From Escherichia coli O157:H7 (GTDB lineage: Bacteria; Pseudomonadota; Gammaproteobacteria; Enterobacterales; Enterobacteriaceae): a stretch of DNA of 64,000 nt. Under the pieces are notes generated by a model. It did not search any database. It was given only the letters and a program-made list of their open reading frames with translations, and was not told the origin of the DNA. This document shows positions 36,150 to 48,521 of this stretch, in pieces; the stretch's first letter is position 1, and each line of letters starts with the position of its first letter. The DNA lies in NCBI RefSeq assembly GCF_013167455.1, contig NZ_CP038328.1; one strand, 5' to 3'. A program made the position numbers and the translations under genes.

Positions 36150-37253
36150 TTAACGGGTGATCATGTCATCACGGTGAACGGCAACCGGGCCGTATTCATA
36201 TCCCAGTATTGCATCAATTTCTTGCGAGTGGTGTCCGGCAATACGGCGTAATGCATCGCTGTTGTAACGACTGACGCCGTGGGCGATATCGCGACCTTCG
36301 AGGTTACAAATGCGGATGACTTCACCACGCGAGAAGTTGCCAGTCACGCTTTTAATGCCTTTCGGCAACAGGGAGCTGCCGCGTTCAAGAATGGCGGCGG
36401 TTGCCCCTTCATCTACCGTGATTTCACCCGCAGGCGGCGCACCGAAAATCCAGCGTTTACGGTTTTCAAGCGGAGTCGCCTGGGCATGGAACAGCGTACC
36501 GACGGAAATGCCTTCCATCACATCACCAATAACGCCCGGCTTGCTGCCCGCGGCAATAATGGTGTCGATACCCGCACGGCAAGCCACGTCAGCGGCCTGC
36601 AATTTGGTACTCATGCCGCCAGTTCCGAGGCCTGAAACGCTGTCACCAGCAATCGCGCGCAGTGCGTCATCAATGCCGTAAACATCTTTAATCAGTTCTG
36701 CCTGCGGATTGCTGCGCGGGTCAGCGGTATACAAACCTTTTTGATCGGTCAGTAACAACAGTTTATCGGCACCCGCCAGAATCGCCGCCAGTGCAGAAAG
36801 GTTGTCGTTATCGCCGACTTTAATCTCTGCCGTAGCGACAGCATCGTTCTCATTGATTACCGGAACGATATTGTTATCGAGCAACGCACGCAGGGTGTCG
36901 CGGGCGTTCAGGAAGCGTTCACGGTCTTCCATATCAGCACGAGTCAGCAGCATTTGCCCGACGTGAATGCCATAAATCGAAAACAGCTGTTCCCACAGTT
37001 GAATCAGTCGACTCTGCCCTACCGCCGCCAGCAGTTGTTTCGAGGCGATAGTCGCTGGCAGTTCCGGGTAACCCAGGTGCTCACGTCCGGCGGCGATCGC
37101 GCCCGACGTCACAATAACAATCCGATGCCCGGCGGCATGTAACTGCGCGCACTGGCGAACAAGTTCAACGATATGGGCACGGTTCAGGCGGCGCGATCCG
37201 CCTGTTAGCACACTGGTGCCGAGTTTTACCACCAGCGTCTGGCTGTCACTCAT
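36150..37253 (-). CDS. proB: Glutamate 5-kinase
   Basis: Start at [14 protein letters not shown] (367 aa). The track ORF is over-extended upstream. Confidence 0.95.
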
Positions 37254-37441
37254 GATTCTCTGCCATTCAATTTTAGGAAAAATGATATCAAACGAACGTT
37301 TTAGCAGGACTGTCGTCGGTTGCCAACCATCTGCGAGCAAAGCATGGCGTTTTGTTGCGCGGGATCAGCAAGCCTAGCGGCAGTTGTTTACGCTTTTATT
37401 ACAGATTTAATAAATTACCACATTTTAAGAATATCATTAAT

Positions 37442-37460
37442 CTGTAATATATCTTTAACA
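37442..37460 (+). promoter_or_regulatory. Pho box upstream of phoE
   Basis: CTGTAATATATCTTTAACA fits the PhoB-box pattern CTGTCATA(A/T)A(A/T)CTGTCA(C/T). Confidence 0.55.
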
Positions 37461-37540
37461 ATCTCAGGTTAAAAACTTTCCTGTTTTCAACGGGGCTCTC
37501 CCGCAGAATATTCGCGCGTTAATTAAAATCAGGAATGAAA

Positions 37541-38596
37541 ATGAAAAAGAGCACTCTGGCATTAGTGGTGATGGGCATTGTGGCATCTGCATCCGTACAG
37601 GCCGCAGAAATATATAACAAAGACGGTAATAAACTGGATGTCTATGGCAAAGTTAAAGCCATGCATTATATGAGTGATAACGACAGTAAAGATGGCGACC
37701 AGAGTTATATCCGTTTTGGTTTTAAAGGCGAAACACAAATTAACGATCAACTGACTGGTTATGGTCGTTGGGAAGCGGAGTTTGCCGGAAATAAAGCGGA
37801 GAGTGATACTGCACAGCAAAAAACGCGTCTCGCTTTTGCCGGATTGAAGTATAAAGATTTGGGTTCTTTCGACTATGGCCGTAACCTGGGCGCGTTGTAT
37901 GACGTGGAAGCCTGGACCGATATGTTCCCGGAATTTGGTGGCGACTCCTCGGCGCAGACCGACAACTTTATGACCAAACGCGCCAGCGGTCTGGCGACGT
38001 ATCGGAACACCGACTTCTTCGGCGTTATCGATGGCCTGAACTTAACCCTGCAATATCAAGGGAAAAACGAAAACCGCGACGTTAAAAAGCAAAACGGCGA
38101 TGGCTTCGGCACGTCATTGACATATGACTTTGGCGGCAGCGATTTCGCCATTAGTGGGGCCTATACCAACTCAGATCGCACCAACGAGCAGAACCTGCAA
38201 AGCCGTGGCACAGGCAAGCGTGCAGAAGCTTGGGCTACAGGTCTGAAATACGATGCCAATAATATTTATCTGGCAACTTTTTATTCTGAAACACGCAAAA
38301 TGACGCCAATAACTGGCGGCTTTGCCAATAAGACACAGAACTTTGAAGCGGTCGCTCAATACCAGTTTGACTTTGGTCTGCGTCCATCGCTGGGTTATGT
38401 CTTATCGAAAGGGAAAGATATTGAAGGTATCGGTGATGAAGATCTGGTCAATTATATCGATGTCGGGGCTACATATTATTTCAACAAAAATATGTCAGCG
38501 TTTGTTGATTATAAAATCAACCAACTGGATAGCGATAACAAATTGAATATTAATAATGATGATATTGTCGCGGTTGGCATGACCTATCAGTTTTAA
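37541..38596 (+). CDS. phoE: Phosphoporin PhoE
   Basis: [21 protein letters not shown] signal peptide; porin ending MTYQF. Confidence 0.95.
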   Translation: MKKSTLALVVMGIVASASVQAAEIYNKDGNKLDVYGKVKAMHYMSDNDSKDGDQSYIRFGFKGETQINDQLTGYGRWEAEFAGNKAESDTAQQKTRLAFAGLKYKDLGSFDYGRNLGALYDVEAWTDMFPEFGGDSSAQTDNFMTKRASGLATYRNTDFFGVIDGLNLTLQYQGKNENRDVKKQNGDGFGTSLTYDFGGSDFAISGAYTNSDRTNEQNLQSRGTGKRAEAWATGLKYDANNIYLATFYSETRKMTPITGGFANKTQNFEAVAQYQFDFGLRPSLGYVLSKGKDIEGIGDEDLVNYIDVGATYYFNKNMSAFVDYKINQLDSDNKLNINNDDIVAVGMTYQF

Positions 38597-38603
38597 TGAT
38601 TAT

Positions 38604-38626
38604 TGCCGGATGTGATGCATCCGGCA
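38604..38626. terminator. Hairpin between the convergent phoE and crl genes
   Basis: TGCCGGATG-TGATG-CATCCGGCA. Confidence 0.5.
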
Positions 38627-38634
38627 CATTTCAC

Positions 38635-39093
<459 letters not shown>

Positions 39094-40338
39094 TTAACAC
39101 AAGCGTTTTTCGATCCAGTCGGTGATTTCCTGAAGACCTTTGTCAAAATTCCGATACACCGGGTTAAATGGGATCTCTAATAATTTACCGTCAGCAGATG
39201 ATGAGGTGATTAAGCGTGAGTCCTCTTCCGGGCTGAACGGATCGTTCTTCCAGTAGCCTGATAACATTGGCGTTGGGCATCGACGTCCCAGCAATCCTTG
39301 CACTTTTAATGAATAGCGATTCAGCTCCACGCGCAACGCTTCGTCGGAAGCATCATGCATCCCCAAACGACTCGCCAGAACGTCAAGATACATTTCCGGC
39401 ACCTGTTGCTGGCACTTAAAATCACTCAACAGGGTATGAACTACCGGACCAAGACAGGCAACCGCTTTCAGACGCGGCGATTCAAGATATGCCAGACGCA
39501 CGGCAACGTTAGCGCCGAAACGGAAACCAAAGGCCGCGACGCGAGTGTGATCCACCCACGGTACGTTAGGCAGAGCCTTTAAGACGCGCTGATGCAACAG
39601 GCAGGAGTCCTGGGTGAGCTTCCATTTTGAAGAAAAGCCCACCGACGGCATATCAATAGTCAGCATCGCAATGCCGCGCGGCGCAAAATAACGTTCATAC
39701 AGGCTGTAATAGTCCGTCTGCATCGCATCCAGACCACCACACATTAATACCGTCGGGAACGGGCCATCGCCTTTCGGCATATGCAAAAAGCCGGTGATGG
39801 GCGCACCGCCGGGTACGGTAAACTCCATCTGTCGCATCGTGCCCGGTAGACGCTGAGCGGCCTCTTCATAGGCGCGGTTTGACAAAGCCTGCGCTTGCTC
39901 GGCCAGGTCATCTCCTTTCAGATGAGGATAGGCGGCAATGTTGTACAACGTAGCCGCATGCAGCCAGTGACGACCACTGAGTTGCGGATCTTCTTCCGCA
40001 CAGGCTTTTTGTTGCCACACCATCGCCTGGGTGGCCCACTCATAAATCCAGTTGCCGCCACGGTAGCCAATCACCGTATCGTATAAATCATCGTCGGTAC
40101 GTTCGGCATCGCTCATCACAATACGTGCCTGGACGTCGAGGATTTCGCGTGGGTCAATGCCGCGCCAGATCCACATCAGACGGTTAATCATGCGATACCA
40201 GTGAGGGATGGTTTTACCATCAAGGGCCGACTGCACAGGCGGTTGTGCGCCGTGATTAAAGCGGCGGACTAGCGTCGAGGTTTCAGGATGTTTAAAGCGG
40301 GGTTTGAACAGGGTTTCGCTCAGGTTTGCCTGTGTCAT
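39094..40338 (-). CDS. frsA: Esterase FrsA
   Basis: 414 aa; recognised sequence. Confidence 0.95.
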
Positions 40339-40429
40339 GGATGCAGCCTCCAGAATACTTACTGGAAACTATTGTAACTCGCCTGAAGTTAAAAAGAACA
40401 ACGCCCGGCAGTGCCAGGCGTTGAAAAGA

Positions 40430-40888
40430 TTAGCGACCGGAGATTGGCGGGACGAATACGACGCCCATATCCCACGGCTGTTCGATCCAGGTATCTTGCG
40501 GGATATCAACAACATAATCATCAACCAGCGGACGACCAGCCGGTTTTGCAAAGATGGTGACAAAGTGCGCTTTTGGATACATTTCACGAATCGCAACCGC
40601 AGTACCACCGGTATCCACCAGGTCATCAATAACGATGAAGCCTTCGCCATCGCCTTCTGCGCGTTTCAGCACTTTAAGCTCGCGCTGGTTGTCGTGATCG
40701 TAGCTGGAAATACAAACGGTATCGACATGACGAATACCCAGTTCACGCGCCAGTAACGCACCCGGTACCAGACCGCCACGGCTTACGGCAATAATGCCTT
40801 TCCATTGTTCAGAAGGCATCAGTCGGCTTGCGAGTTTACGTGCATGGATCTGCAACATGTCCCAGGTGACGATGTATTTTTCGCTCAT
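40430..40888 (-). CDS. gpt: Xanthine-guanine phosphoribosyltransferase
   Basis: 152 aa; recognised sequence. Confidence 0.95.
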
Positions 40889-41148
40889 GTGAAGTGTCCC
40901 AGCCTGTTTATCTACGGCTTAAAAAGTGTTCGAGGGGAAAATAGGTTGCGCGAGATTATAGAGATCTGGCGCACTAAAAACCAGTATTTCACATGAGTCC
41001 GCGTCTTTTTACGCACTGCCTCTCCCTGACGCGGGATAAAGTGGTATTCTCAAACATATCTCGCAAGCCTGTCTTGTGTTGACAACATTTTCTGCTAACC
41101 CTGTGACCTGCAATACTGTTTTGCGGGTGATCGACAAGGAGACTTAAC

Positions 41149-42606
41149 GTGTCTGAACTGTCTCAATTATCTCCACAGCCGCTGTGGGATATTTTTGCCA
41201 AAATCTGTTCTATTCCTCACCCGTCCTATCATGAAGAGCAACTCGCTGAATACATTGTTGGTTGGGCAAAAGAGAAAGGTTTCCATGTCGAACGCGATCA
41301 GGTAGGTAATATCCTGATTCGTAAACCTGCTACCGCAGGTATGGAAAATCGTAAACCGGTCGTCTTGCAGGCCCACCTCGATATGGTGCCGCAGAAAAAT
41401 AACGACACCGTGCATGACTTCACGAAAGATCCTATCCAGCCATATATTGATGGCGAATGGGTTAAAGCGCGCGGCACCACGCTGGGTGCGGATAACGGCA
41501 TTGGTATGGCCTCTGCACTGGCGGTTCTGGCTGACGAAAACGTGGTTCACGGCCCGCTGGAAGTGCTGCTGACCATGACCGAAGAAGCCGGTATGGACGG
41601 TGCGTTCGGCTTACAGAGCAACTGGTTGCAGGCTGATATTCTGATTAACACCGACTCCGAAGAAGAAGGTGAAATCTACATGGGTTGCGCGGGGGGTATC
41701 GACTTCACCTCCAACCTGCATTTAGATCGTGAAGCGGTTCCAGCTGGTTTTGAAACCTTCAAGTTAACCTTAAAAGGTCTGAAAGGCGGTCACTCCGGCG
41801 GGGAAATCCACGTTGGCCTGGGTAATGCCAACAAACTGCTGGTGCGCTTCCTGGCGGGTCATGCAGAAGAACTGGACCTGCGTCTTATTGATTTCAACGG
41901 CGGCACACTGCGTAACGCCATCCCGCGTGAAGCCTTTGCGACCATTGCTGTCGCAGCTGATAAAGTCGACGCCCTGAAATCTCTGGTGAATACCTATCAG
42001 GAGATCCTGAAAAACGAGCTGGCAGAGAAAGAGAAAAATCTGGCCTTGTTGCTGGACTCTGTAGCGAACGATAAAGCTGCCCTGATTGCGAAATCTCGCG
42101 ATACCTTTATTCGTCTGCTGAACGCCACCCCGAACGGTGTGATCCGCAACTCCGACGTGGCAAAAGGTGTGGTCGAAACCTCCCTGAACGTCGGTGTGGT
42201 GACCATGACTGACAATAACGTAGAAATTCACTGTCTGATCCGTTCTCTGATCGACAGCGGTAAAGACTACGTGGTGAGCATGCTGGATTCGCTGGGTAAA
42301 CTGGCTGGCGCGAAAACCGAAGCGAAAGGCGCATATCCTGGCTGGCAGCCGGACGCTAATTCTCCGGTGATGCATCTGGTACGTGAAACCTATCAGCGCC
42401 TGTTCAACAAGACGCCGAACATCCAGATTATCCACGCGGGCCTGGAATGTGGTCTGTTCAAAAAACCGTATCCGGAAATGGACATGGTTTCTATCGGGCC
42501 AACAATCACCGGTCCACACTCTCCGGATGAGCAAGTTCACATCGAAAGCGTAGGTCATTACTGGACACTGCTGACTGAACTGCTGAAAGAAATTCCGGCG
42601 AAGTAA
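41149..42606 (+). CDS. pepD: Aminoacyl-histidine dipeptidase
   Basis: 485 aa, GTG start; recognised sequence. Confidence 0.95.
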   Translation: MSELSQLSPQPLWDIFAKICSIPHPSYHEEQLAEYIVGWAKEKGFHVERDQVGNILIRKPATAGMENRKPVVLQAHLDMVPQKNNDTVHDFTKDPIQPYIDGEWVKARGTTLGADNGIGMASALAVLADENVVHGPLEVLLTMTEEAGMDGAFGLQSNWLQADILINTDSEEEGEIYMGCAGGIDFTSNLHLDREAVPAGFETFKLTLKGLKGGHSGGEIHVGLGNANKLLVRFLAGHAEELDLRLIDFNGGTLRNAIPREAFATIAVAADKVDALKSLVNTYQEILKNELAEKEKNLALLLDSVANDKAALIAKSRDTFIRLLNATPNGVIRNSDVAKGVVETSLNVGVVTMTDNNVEIHCLIRSLIDSGKDYVVSMLDSLGKLAGAKTEAKGAYPGWQPDANSPVMHLVRETYQRLFNKTPNIQIIHAGLECGLFKKPYPEMDMVSIGPTITGPHSPDEQVHIESVGHYWTLLTELLKEIPAK

Positions 42607-42618
42607 TTATTTGATTTG

Positions 42619-42650
42619 CTGCCGGATGGCGTTTAATCGCCTTCCGGCAG
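42619..42650. terminator. Hairpin after pepD
   Basis: CTGCCGGA...TCCGGCAG followed by TTTC. Confidence 0.5.
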
Positions 42651-42662
42651 TTTCATCCTTCA

Positions 42663-43220
42663 TTATCCTTCGATAAAAGCCATCCCTGTGAACGTTCGTC
42701 GCGGGTTGCCACGTTCAATCTGGTGATGGAACATTCGCCGCTGCGATTTCAGCACTGCGCTATTTTCCTGTTGCTGCTGCTCCAGCTTCCAGGCAATCAG
42801 CAATCGCGCCAGCCGTTTGTTAGCATGCTGGCTGCGTTCTGACTGAACCTTCACGCTAATCCCGGTTGCCAGATGCGTGGCGCGTACCGCCGAGTCGGTT
42901 TTATTGACATGTTGACCGCCCGGCCCCGACGGACGCAGCGTCTCATAACGGATTGCATCCGATTGTTCCTGCTCATCAGCGGTAAAACGCCCAATGCCCA
43001 GAAACCAGTTTTTGCGCCCATGATGAGGCCGATACGGACTCAGACAAATCCACTGAATAGTGCCGCACCAACTTTCGCTTAACGCCCATGCGTTGTCGCC
43101 ATCCAGAGAAATCAGCGCCGAACGCAGCGTGTCAGAGTAGCGGCCCGTTTCTGTTTCCAGCACCGTTACCGCGACGTCTTGTCGGGTAAAAACGACCAAC
43201 TGAGAAGAACGCTGCGCCAA
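42663..43220 (-). pseudogene. prfH: Peptide-chain-release-factor homologue PrfH, 5'-truncated
   Basis: GGQ motif ([16 protein letters not shown]). The native N-terminus is missing and the reading frame enters from the rtcB remnant. Confidence 0.8.
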
Positions 43221-43398
43221 TCGGGTAGCCGCGTCCGGGGTGTAAATCTGGCATCCCCACTACGCGCTGCATGTTGGGTAAATTTGCCGTGGTGTGTAAT
43301 TGTTGGATCGCTAAACTCTCGATCCACAGGTCATCAGATGCGATGGTAAATACCGCATCGGATAAGGGACGAATATATTTGCCCATGTACCATTCCAT
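43132..43398 (-). pseudogene. ykfJ: RtcB-family RNA ligase remnant (first ~68 codons only)
   Basis: MGKYIRPL...[19 protein letters not shown] is an RtcB N-terminus. It then goes out of frame and is fused to the prfH region. Confidence 0.7.
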
Positions 43399-43399
43399 T

Positions 43400-43526
43400 T
43401 ATACTCGTCATACTTCAAGTTGCATGTACTGCGACTGCGTTCGTTCACCCCAGTCACTTACTTATGTAAGCTCCTGGGGATTCACTCGCTTGTCGCCTTC
43501 CTGCAACTCGAATTATTTAGAGTATA
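43400..43526. repeat. ERIC/IRU element (127 bp imperfect palindrome)
   Basis: Contains a near-match (one mismatch) to the reverse complement of the ERIC2 primer core and an exact ERIC1R core: CACCCCAGTCACTTACTT and ATGTAAGCTCCTGGGGATTCAC. Ends are TATACTC...GAGTATA. Confidence 0.85.
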
Positions 43527-43704
43527 TAAATATAAAAATCAGGAAATGGCAGACGAATCCAGGGCAAGAAAAAAAAGAATTAATCCTGGAAAGGTCTGCA
43601 AAGAGTCATTGATAAAGGATTTGTCATGATTTACCTCCTTGCAGTTTGTGGAATAAGAAAACGCGCACATACCAGGCGGGCGTTATTTTCATTGCAAGCT
43701 GGAT

Positions 43705-44157
43705 TTAATGTTGCGGTTTATATCGCATAGAAAAATTAGTAAACCACGCTCCCCGGCATTCAACGCGCTGCTGCTTAACTGTCTGAAAACCATAACGTTC
43801 AAAAAAGGGTTTTGCGGTTATGCTGGCGTCCACCGTAAGTTCGGATTCAGACTTAATCCAAGGTTTTAACAAAGCGCTGGCAACCCCACGGCGGGTGTAT
43901 TCAGGGTCAACAAATAACATATCGATATAATGTTCAATGCGGGAAATAAAACCAACCGGTTGTGCATTAATGACTGCAACCCGCACTTGTGATTTCGCGA
44001 GTTTCTCCTTCCAGCGAGATTCGTCAATCTGCGCCCAGGCGGCAATTTGTTGTGGTGAATAATGCTGACTGGCGGTCATCATAACCGCTCTAATGAAAAT
44101 AGCGCATAGTTGCTGAAAATCGCCAGGCTGATAGTTTCTTATTTGTATGTTATTCAT
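43705..44157 (-). CDS. yafP: GNAT acetyltransferase YafP (dinB operon)
   Basis: 150 aa; recognised. Confidence 0.9.
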   Translation of the reverse strand: MNNIQIRNYQPGDFQQLCAIFIRAVMMTASQHYSPQQIAAWAQIDESRWKEKLAKSQVRVAVINAQPVGFISRIEHYIDMLFVDPEYTRRGVASALLKPWIKSESELTVDASITAKPFFERYGFQTVKQQRVECRGAWFTNFSMRYKPQH

Positions 44158-44166
44158 AATATAAAT

Positions 44167-44565
44167 TCAAAAACGCATGCGAAACGCTTCTGCCATTTTC
44201 CCAATTTTATGCATTTGGTTGTTATCTCGAGCCAGTTTATGAGGTTCAGGTTTCAGAATGGCAATGAGCAACCATGCTTGCTCATCAAACGCACCCTGAC
44301 AATATACCAAATGCGATTCGTCATTCGTTCTGCTGAATTGGCGCAACTGTGGCGGAAATGGATTATTCACATTTGCCAGATGAATATGAGCAACTCGCTC
44401 AAATTTGATTAATGGCCAAGTAAACGAGTCGTCGTAGAGTGCATCGCGACCAAATATATCTGGCAAAACACCGTCACGCTTATAGGAAATAAAATCCGCC
44501 GTTAACGCATCAAGCTCCTCTGCTGTAAGTTGCAGGCGAATAAGTTTTGTTTTGAATACCCGCAT
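44167..44565 (-). CDS. yafO: mRNA interferase toxin YafO
   Basis: 132 aa; recognised. Confidence 0.9.
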   Translation of the reverse strand: MRVFKTKLIRLQLTAEELDALTADFISYKRDGVLPDIFGRDALYDDSFTWPLIKFERVAHIHLANVNNPFPPQLRQFSRTNDESHLVYCQGAFDEQAWLLIAILKPEPHKLARDNNQMHKIGKMAEAFRMRF

Positions 44566-44567
44566 CC

Positions 44568-44861
44568 TTATTCCTTAAAGTCATTGAAATCATCATCCGT
44601 CATATCATTAAGATATTTTTCAGCTCGGCGTGTAATTTCCTCTAATCTTGCAGCACTTGGACGGAAGCGCGCCTTTATGGGCTTTTTCTCCTCTTGTTCA
44701 GCAAGCATGTCCATTAACGCTTCGAATGCGCTGGCACTTAAGAGATATCCTGCGGGGCGATTATTAGAAAGAACCGCAACCGGTTGATCAATAAAGTATT
44801 TAGCTGGGTTTTTACGTAATTCAGTGATATTGACCGATTTTTCAGCGAGAATTCGATGCAT
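44568..44861 (-). CDS. yafN: Antitoxin YafN
   Basis: 97 aa; recognised. Confidence 0.9.
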   Translation of the reverse strand: MHRILAEKSVNITELRKNPAKYFIDQPVAVLSNNRPAGYLLSASAFEALMDMLAEQEEKKPIKARFRPSAARLEEITRRAEKYLNDMTDDDFNDFKE

Positions 44862-44912
44862 ACAGTGATCCCCTCATAATAATGCACACCAGAATATACA
44901 TAATAGTATACA

Positions 44913-45968
44913 TCATAATCCCAGCACCAGTTGTCTTTCCATTTGAGGGTCAAGCAACGTCACATGCAGCCCCACCAGTCGCACACCGCGCCCGCCGCGG
45001 CGTTCATCCCAGGTTTTACGCGCGGTGGCGATTAAGTCAGCTTTATTCAGCCGCGGCCAGACGTGCTCCTGGGTGGTTTGCTGAAAATCGTCGAACTTTA
45101 ATTTCACCCCCTGGCGAGCAATCAGTAAATCAGGTTTTACCTTTGCCAGACGGCGTTCAAGTTCCGGATACAGCCGCTCGATAATCGCTTCACATTCAGA
45201 CCAGTGATGAATATCTTCCGCCATCGTGCGTTCCACGCCGACGGATTTTCGTAACCGTTCGCTGTTAACGTCGCGCTCGTCAATCCCCTGACTACGCTCC
45301 CACAAAATGCGGCCAAATTTGCCAAAGCGTTTAAGCAGAATCACCAGATCACACTTTTGTACATCACCGCAGGTCCGCAGCCCCATCGCTTCCAGCTTTG
45401 CCGCTGAGACTTTGCCAACACCGGGAATTTTTGCCAGCGGTAAGGTTTGCAGAAATGCCGAAACTTCTGCCGGCGTAATCACAAACTGGCCGTTGGGTTT
45501 ATTCATGTCGGAGGCGATTTTGGCGAGAAACTTTACTGGTGCCACGCCCGCAGACGCCGTCAGTTGCAGCTCGCTGAAAATTGTCTGGCGGATTTCCTGG
45601 GCGATGAGGGTCGCAGAACCGTGGCAATGGACGCTATCAGTGACATCGAGGTAGGCTTCATCCAGTGACAACGGTTCAATACGCGAGGTGTAGCGCGAGA
45701 AGATTTCACGGATATGATTTGAGGCTTCTTTGTAGGCGTCAAAGCGCCCCGGAAGCAAGGTGAGATGTGGGCATAATTTGAGCGCCATCCCTGTCGGCAT
45801 AGCGCTGCGTACGCCAAATTTACGCGCGGGATAATTGGCGGTGCTGATCACCCCCCGACGTTCGCGGCTGCCGCCAATAGCAATAGGGATATCGCGCAGG
45901 GCGGGATTGTCGCGCATCTCCACTGCGGCGAAAAAGCAGTCCATATCCACATGAATGATTTTACGCAT
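44913..45968 (-). CDS. dinB: DNA polymerase IV
   Basis: 351 aa; recognised. Confidence 0.95.
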   Translation of the reverse strand: MRKIIHVDMDCFFAAVEMRDNPALRDIPIAIGGSRERRGVISTANYPARKFGVRSAMPTGMALKLCPHLTLLPGRFDAYKEASNHIREIFSRYTSRIEPLSLDEAYLDVTDSVHCHGSATLIAQEIRQTIFSELQLTASAGVAPVKFLAKIASDMNKPNGQFVITPAEVSAFLQTLPLAKIPGVGKVSAAKLEAMGLRTCGDVQKCDLVILLKRFGKFGRILWERSQGIDERDVNSERLRKSVGVERTMAEDIHHWSECEAIIERLYPELERRLAKVKPDLLIARQGVKLKFDDFQQTTQEHVWPRLNKADLIATARKTWDERRGGRGVRLVGLHVTLLDPQMERQLVLGL

Positions 45969-45984
45969 TACTCACCTCTCAACA

Positions 45985-45999
45985 CTGGTAAAGTATACA
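45985..45999 (-). promoter_or_regulatory. LexA (SOS) box of the dinB operon
   Basis: Minus strand CTGTATACTTTACAG fits the LexA-box type CTG...CAG and lies 17 nt upstream of the dinB ATG. Confidence 0.8.
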
Positions 46000-46038
46000 G
46001 TGATTTCAGGGTTTGAGAAATGCGTAAAGATTCAGCAT

Positions 46039-46790
46039 TTAGCGCGTTCGCTGCGAAAGCACCTGCTGCTTATCCAGCTTTTGCACCAGCGGCTGCACCA
46101 CTTTATCCCCATGCTGACCAAAGTATTGATACAGCGTATCGGACGCACTTTTGGTCAGCACCATAATCTCAATGCGTCGGTTGCCCGCGCTTTGCGGATT
46201 TTTCGCGTCCAGCAGCATCTGGTCCGCCATTGCGCTTACCTGCATCACTTTATCTTCCGGCATTCCGGCCTCTTCCAGCACCCGACGAGCTGAAAGCGCG
46301 CGATCGCCCGAAAGGTTCCAGTTGTTGTAGATATTGTTTTTGTAGGCCATCGCATCGGTATGCCCGGTAATAATAATTTTGTTATCGAGCGAGTCGAACA
46401 CTGGCGCGAGCTCCACCAGCAAAGTTTTAAAGAACGGCATAATCTGCGCGCTGCCGCGTTCGAACATATTGCGATTCTGGTCGTCTTTAATCAGCACGCG
46501 TAATCCCTGCGGGACAATCTCCATCTCCAGATTCGCTTCCATATGCGCATCACGGGCAATGGTGTTGATACTGGTTGCCAGCTCGCCAAGCTCGGTGGCG
46601 GATTTCTTCTTCAGCAGCGCCGTTTTCTCATTCACATCACGCGCTTTTTTCTCCGTCTCTTCCGGCACCGCCACGGTGGCAGGTTTTGGCGGATGAGACG
46701 GGCTGATTTTATTTAACGGCGACAGCCCACCACCGTTAAAAATCGACTGCCCGTGCAGCGCGGCGATAATGCTTTCACGCTCGGATTTAC
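46039..46790 (-). pseudogene. lafU: Lateral-flagellar MotB-like LafU, 5'-truncated (Flag-2 remnant)
   Basis: OmpA-like C-domain (NWNLSGDRALSARR...NRRIEI). The N-terminal about 45 codons of the track ORF are antisense lfhA sequence. Confidence 0.75.
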
Positions 46791-48508
46791 TGACGCTGTT
46801 GACAATCAACTTTATCGTCGTCACCAAAGGGGCCGAGCGTATTTCCGAGGTTTCTGCCCGCTTTACCCTGGATGCGATGCCCGGCAAACAGATGGCGATT
46901 GACGCCGATCTTAACGCCGGATTGATCAACCAGGCACAGGCGCAAACCCGGCGTAAAGATGTTGCCAGCGAGGCCGATTTCTACGGCGCGATGGACGGGG
47001 CATCGAAGTTTGTGCGCGGGGATGCCATCGCCGGGATGATGATTCTGGCGATTAACCTGATCGGCGGCGTCTGTATCGGGATATTTAAATACAACCTGAG
47101 CGCCGACGCCGCCTTCCAGCAATATGTGCTGATGACCATCGGCGATGGGCTGGTGGCGCAGATCCCTTCCCTCCTGCTCTCCACCGCAGCGGCGATTATC
47201 GTCACCCGCGTCAGCGACAACGGCGATATCGCCCATGACGTGCGCCACCAGCTGCTGGCAAGCCCGTCGGTGCTCTACACCGCCACCGGGATTATGTTTG
47301 TGCTGGCGGTGGTGCCGGGAATGCCGCACCTGCCGTTTTTGCTGTTCAGCGCCCTGCTGGGTTTTACCGGCTGGCGGATGAGCAAACAGCCGCAGGCGGC
47401 GGAGGCGGAAGAGAAAAGCCTCGAAACGCTGACCCGCACCATCACTGAAACCAGCGAGCAACAGGTCAGTTGGGAAACCATTCCGCTTATCGAGCCTATC
47501 AGTTTAAGCCTCGGCTACAAGCTGGTGGCGCTGGTCGATAAAGCGCAGGGCAACCCGCTCACCCAGCGTATTCGCGGCGTACGGCAGGTGATATCCGACG
47601 GTAACGGCGTGCTGCTGCCGGAGATCCGCATTCGGGAAAACTTCCGCCTCAAGCCCAGCCAGTACGCCATTTTCATCAACGGCATTAAGGCCGATGAAGC
47701 GGATATTCCGGCGGATAAACTGATGGCGCTGCCCTCCAGCGAAACCTACGGCGAGATTGACGGCGTGCTGGGGAACGACCCGGCGTACGGGATGCCGGTG
47801 ACCTGGATCCAGCCCGCGCAGAAGGCGAAGGCGCTGAATATGGGGTATCAGGTGATCGACAGCGCCAGCGTGATTGCCACGCATGTGAACAAGATTGTGC
47901 GCAGCTATATTCCTGATTTGTTTAATTATGATGACATCACGCAGCTGCATAACCGCCTGTCGTCGATGGCCCCGCGCCTGGCGGAAGATTTGAGCGCGGC
48001 GCTGAATTACAGCCAGTTGCTGAAAGTGTACCGTGCGCTGCTGACCGAAGGCGTTTCCCTGCGCGATATCGTCACCATCGCCACCGTGCTGGTCGCCAGT
48101 AGCGCGGTGACTAAAGATCATATTCTGCTGGCGGCCGATGTGCGCCTGGCGCTGCGGCGCAGCATTACCCATCCGTTCGTTCGCAAGCAGGAGCTGACGG
48201 TGTATACGCTGAATAATGAGCTGGAAAATCTGCTGACTAACGTAGTGAATCAGGCGCAACAGGGCGGTAAAGTGATGCTCGACAGCGTGCCAGTGGACCC
48301 GAATATGCTCAACCAGTTCCAGAGCACGATGCCGCAGGTGAAAGAGCAGATGAAAGCGGCGGGGAAAGACCCGGTGCTGCTGGTGCCGCCGCAGCTGCGC
48401 CCTTTGCTGGCGCGCTATGCAAGGTTGTTTGCGCCGGGGCTGCATGTGCTGTCGTATAACGAAGTGCCGGATGAGCTGGAGTTGAAGATAATGGGGGCGT
48501 TGAGTTGA
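46790..48508 (+). pseudogene. lfhA: Lateral-flagellar FlhA homologue LfhA, lacking the N-terminal membrane segments (Flag-2 remnant)
   Basis: Begins inside the conserved ...INFIVVTKGAERISEVSARFTLDAMPGKQMAIDADLNAG block. Confidence 0.8.
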
Positions 48509-48521
48509 TTGGCCTTTAAGG

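Noticed and set aside
41167-42558. Antisense ORFs within pepD (41167-41550, 41770-42558 and others)
   Set aside because: They are shadow frames of a well-recognised gene.
43580-43627. Annotating the 15-codon ORF as a confirmed gene
   Set aside because: The only evidence is a perfect SD and an ATG. It is too short to assess, so it is reported only as a note within the rtcB-prfH finding.
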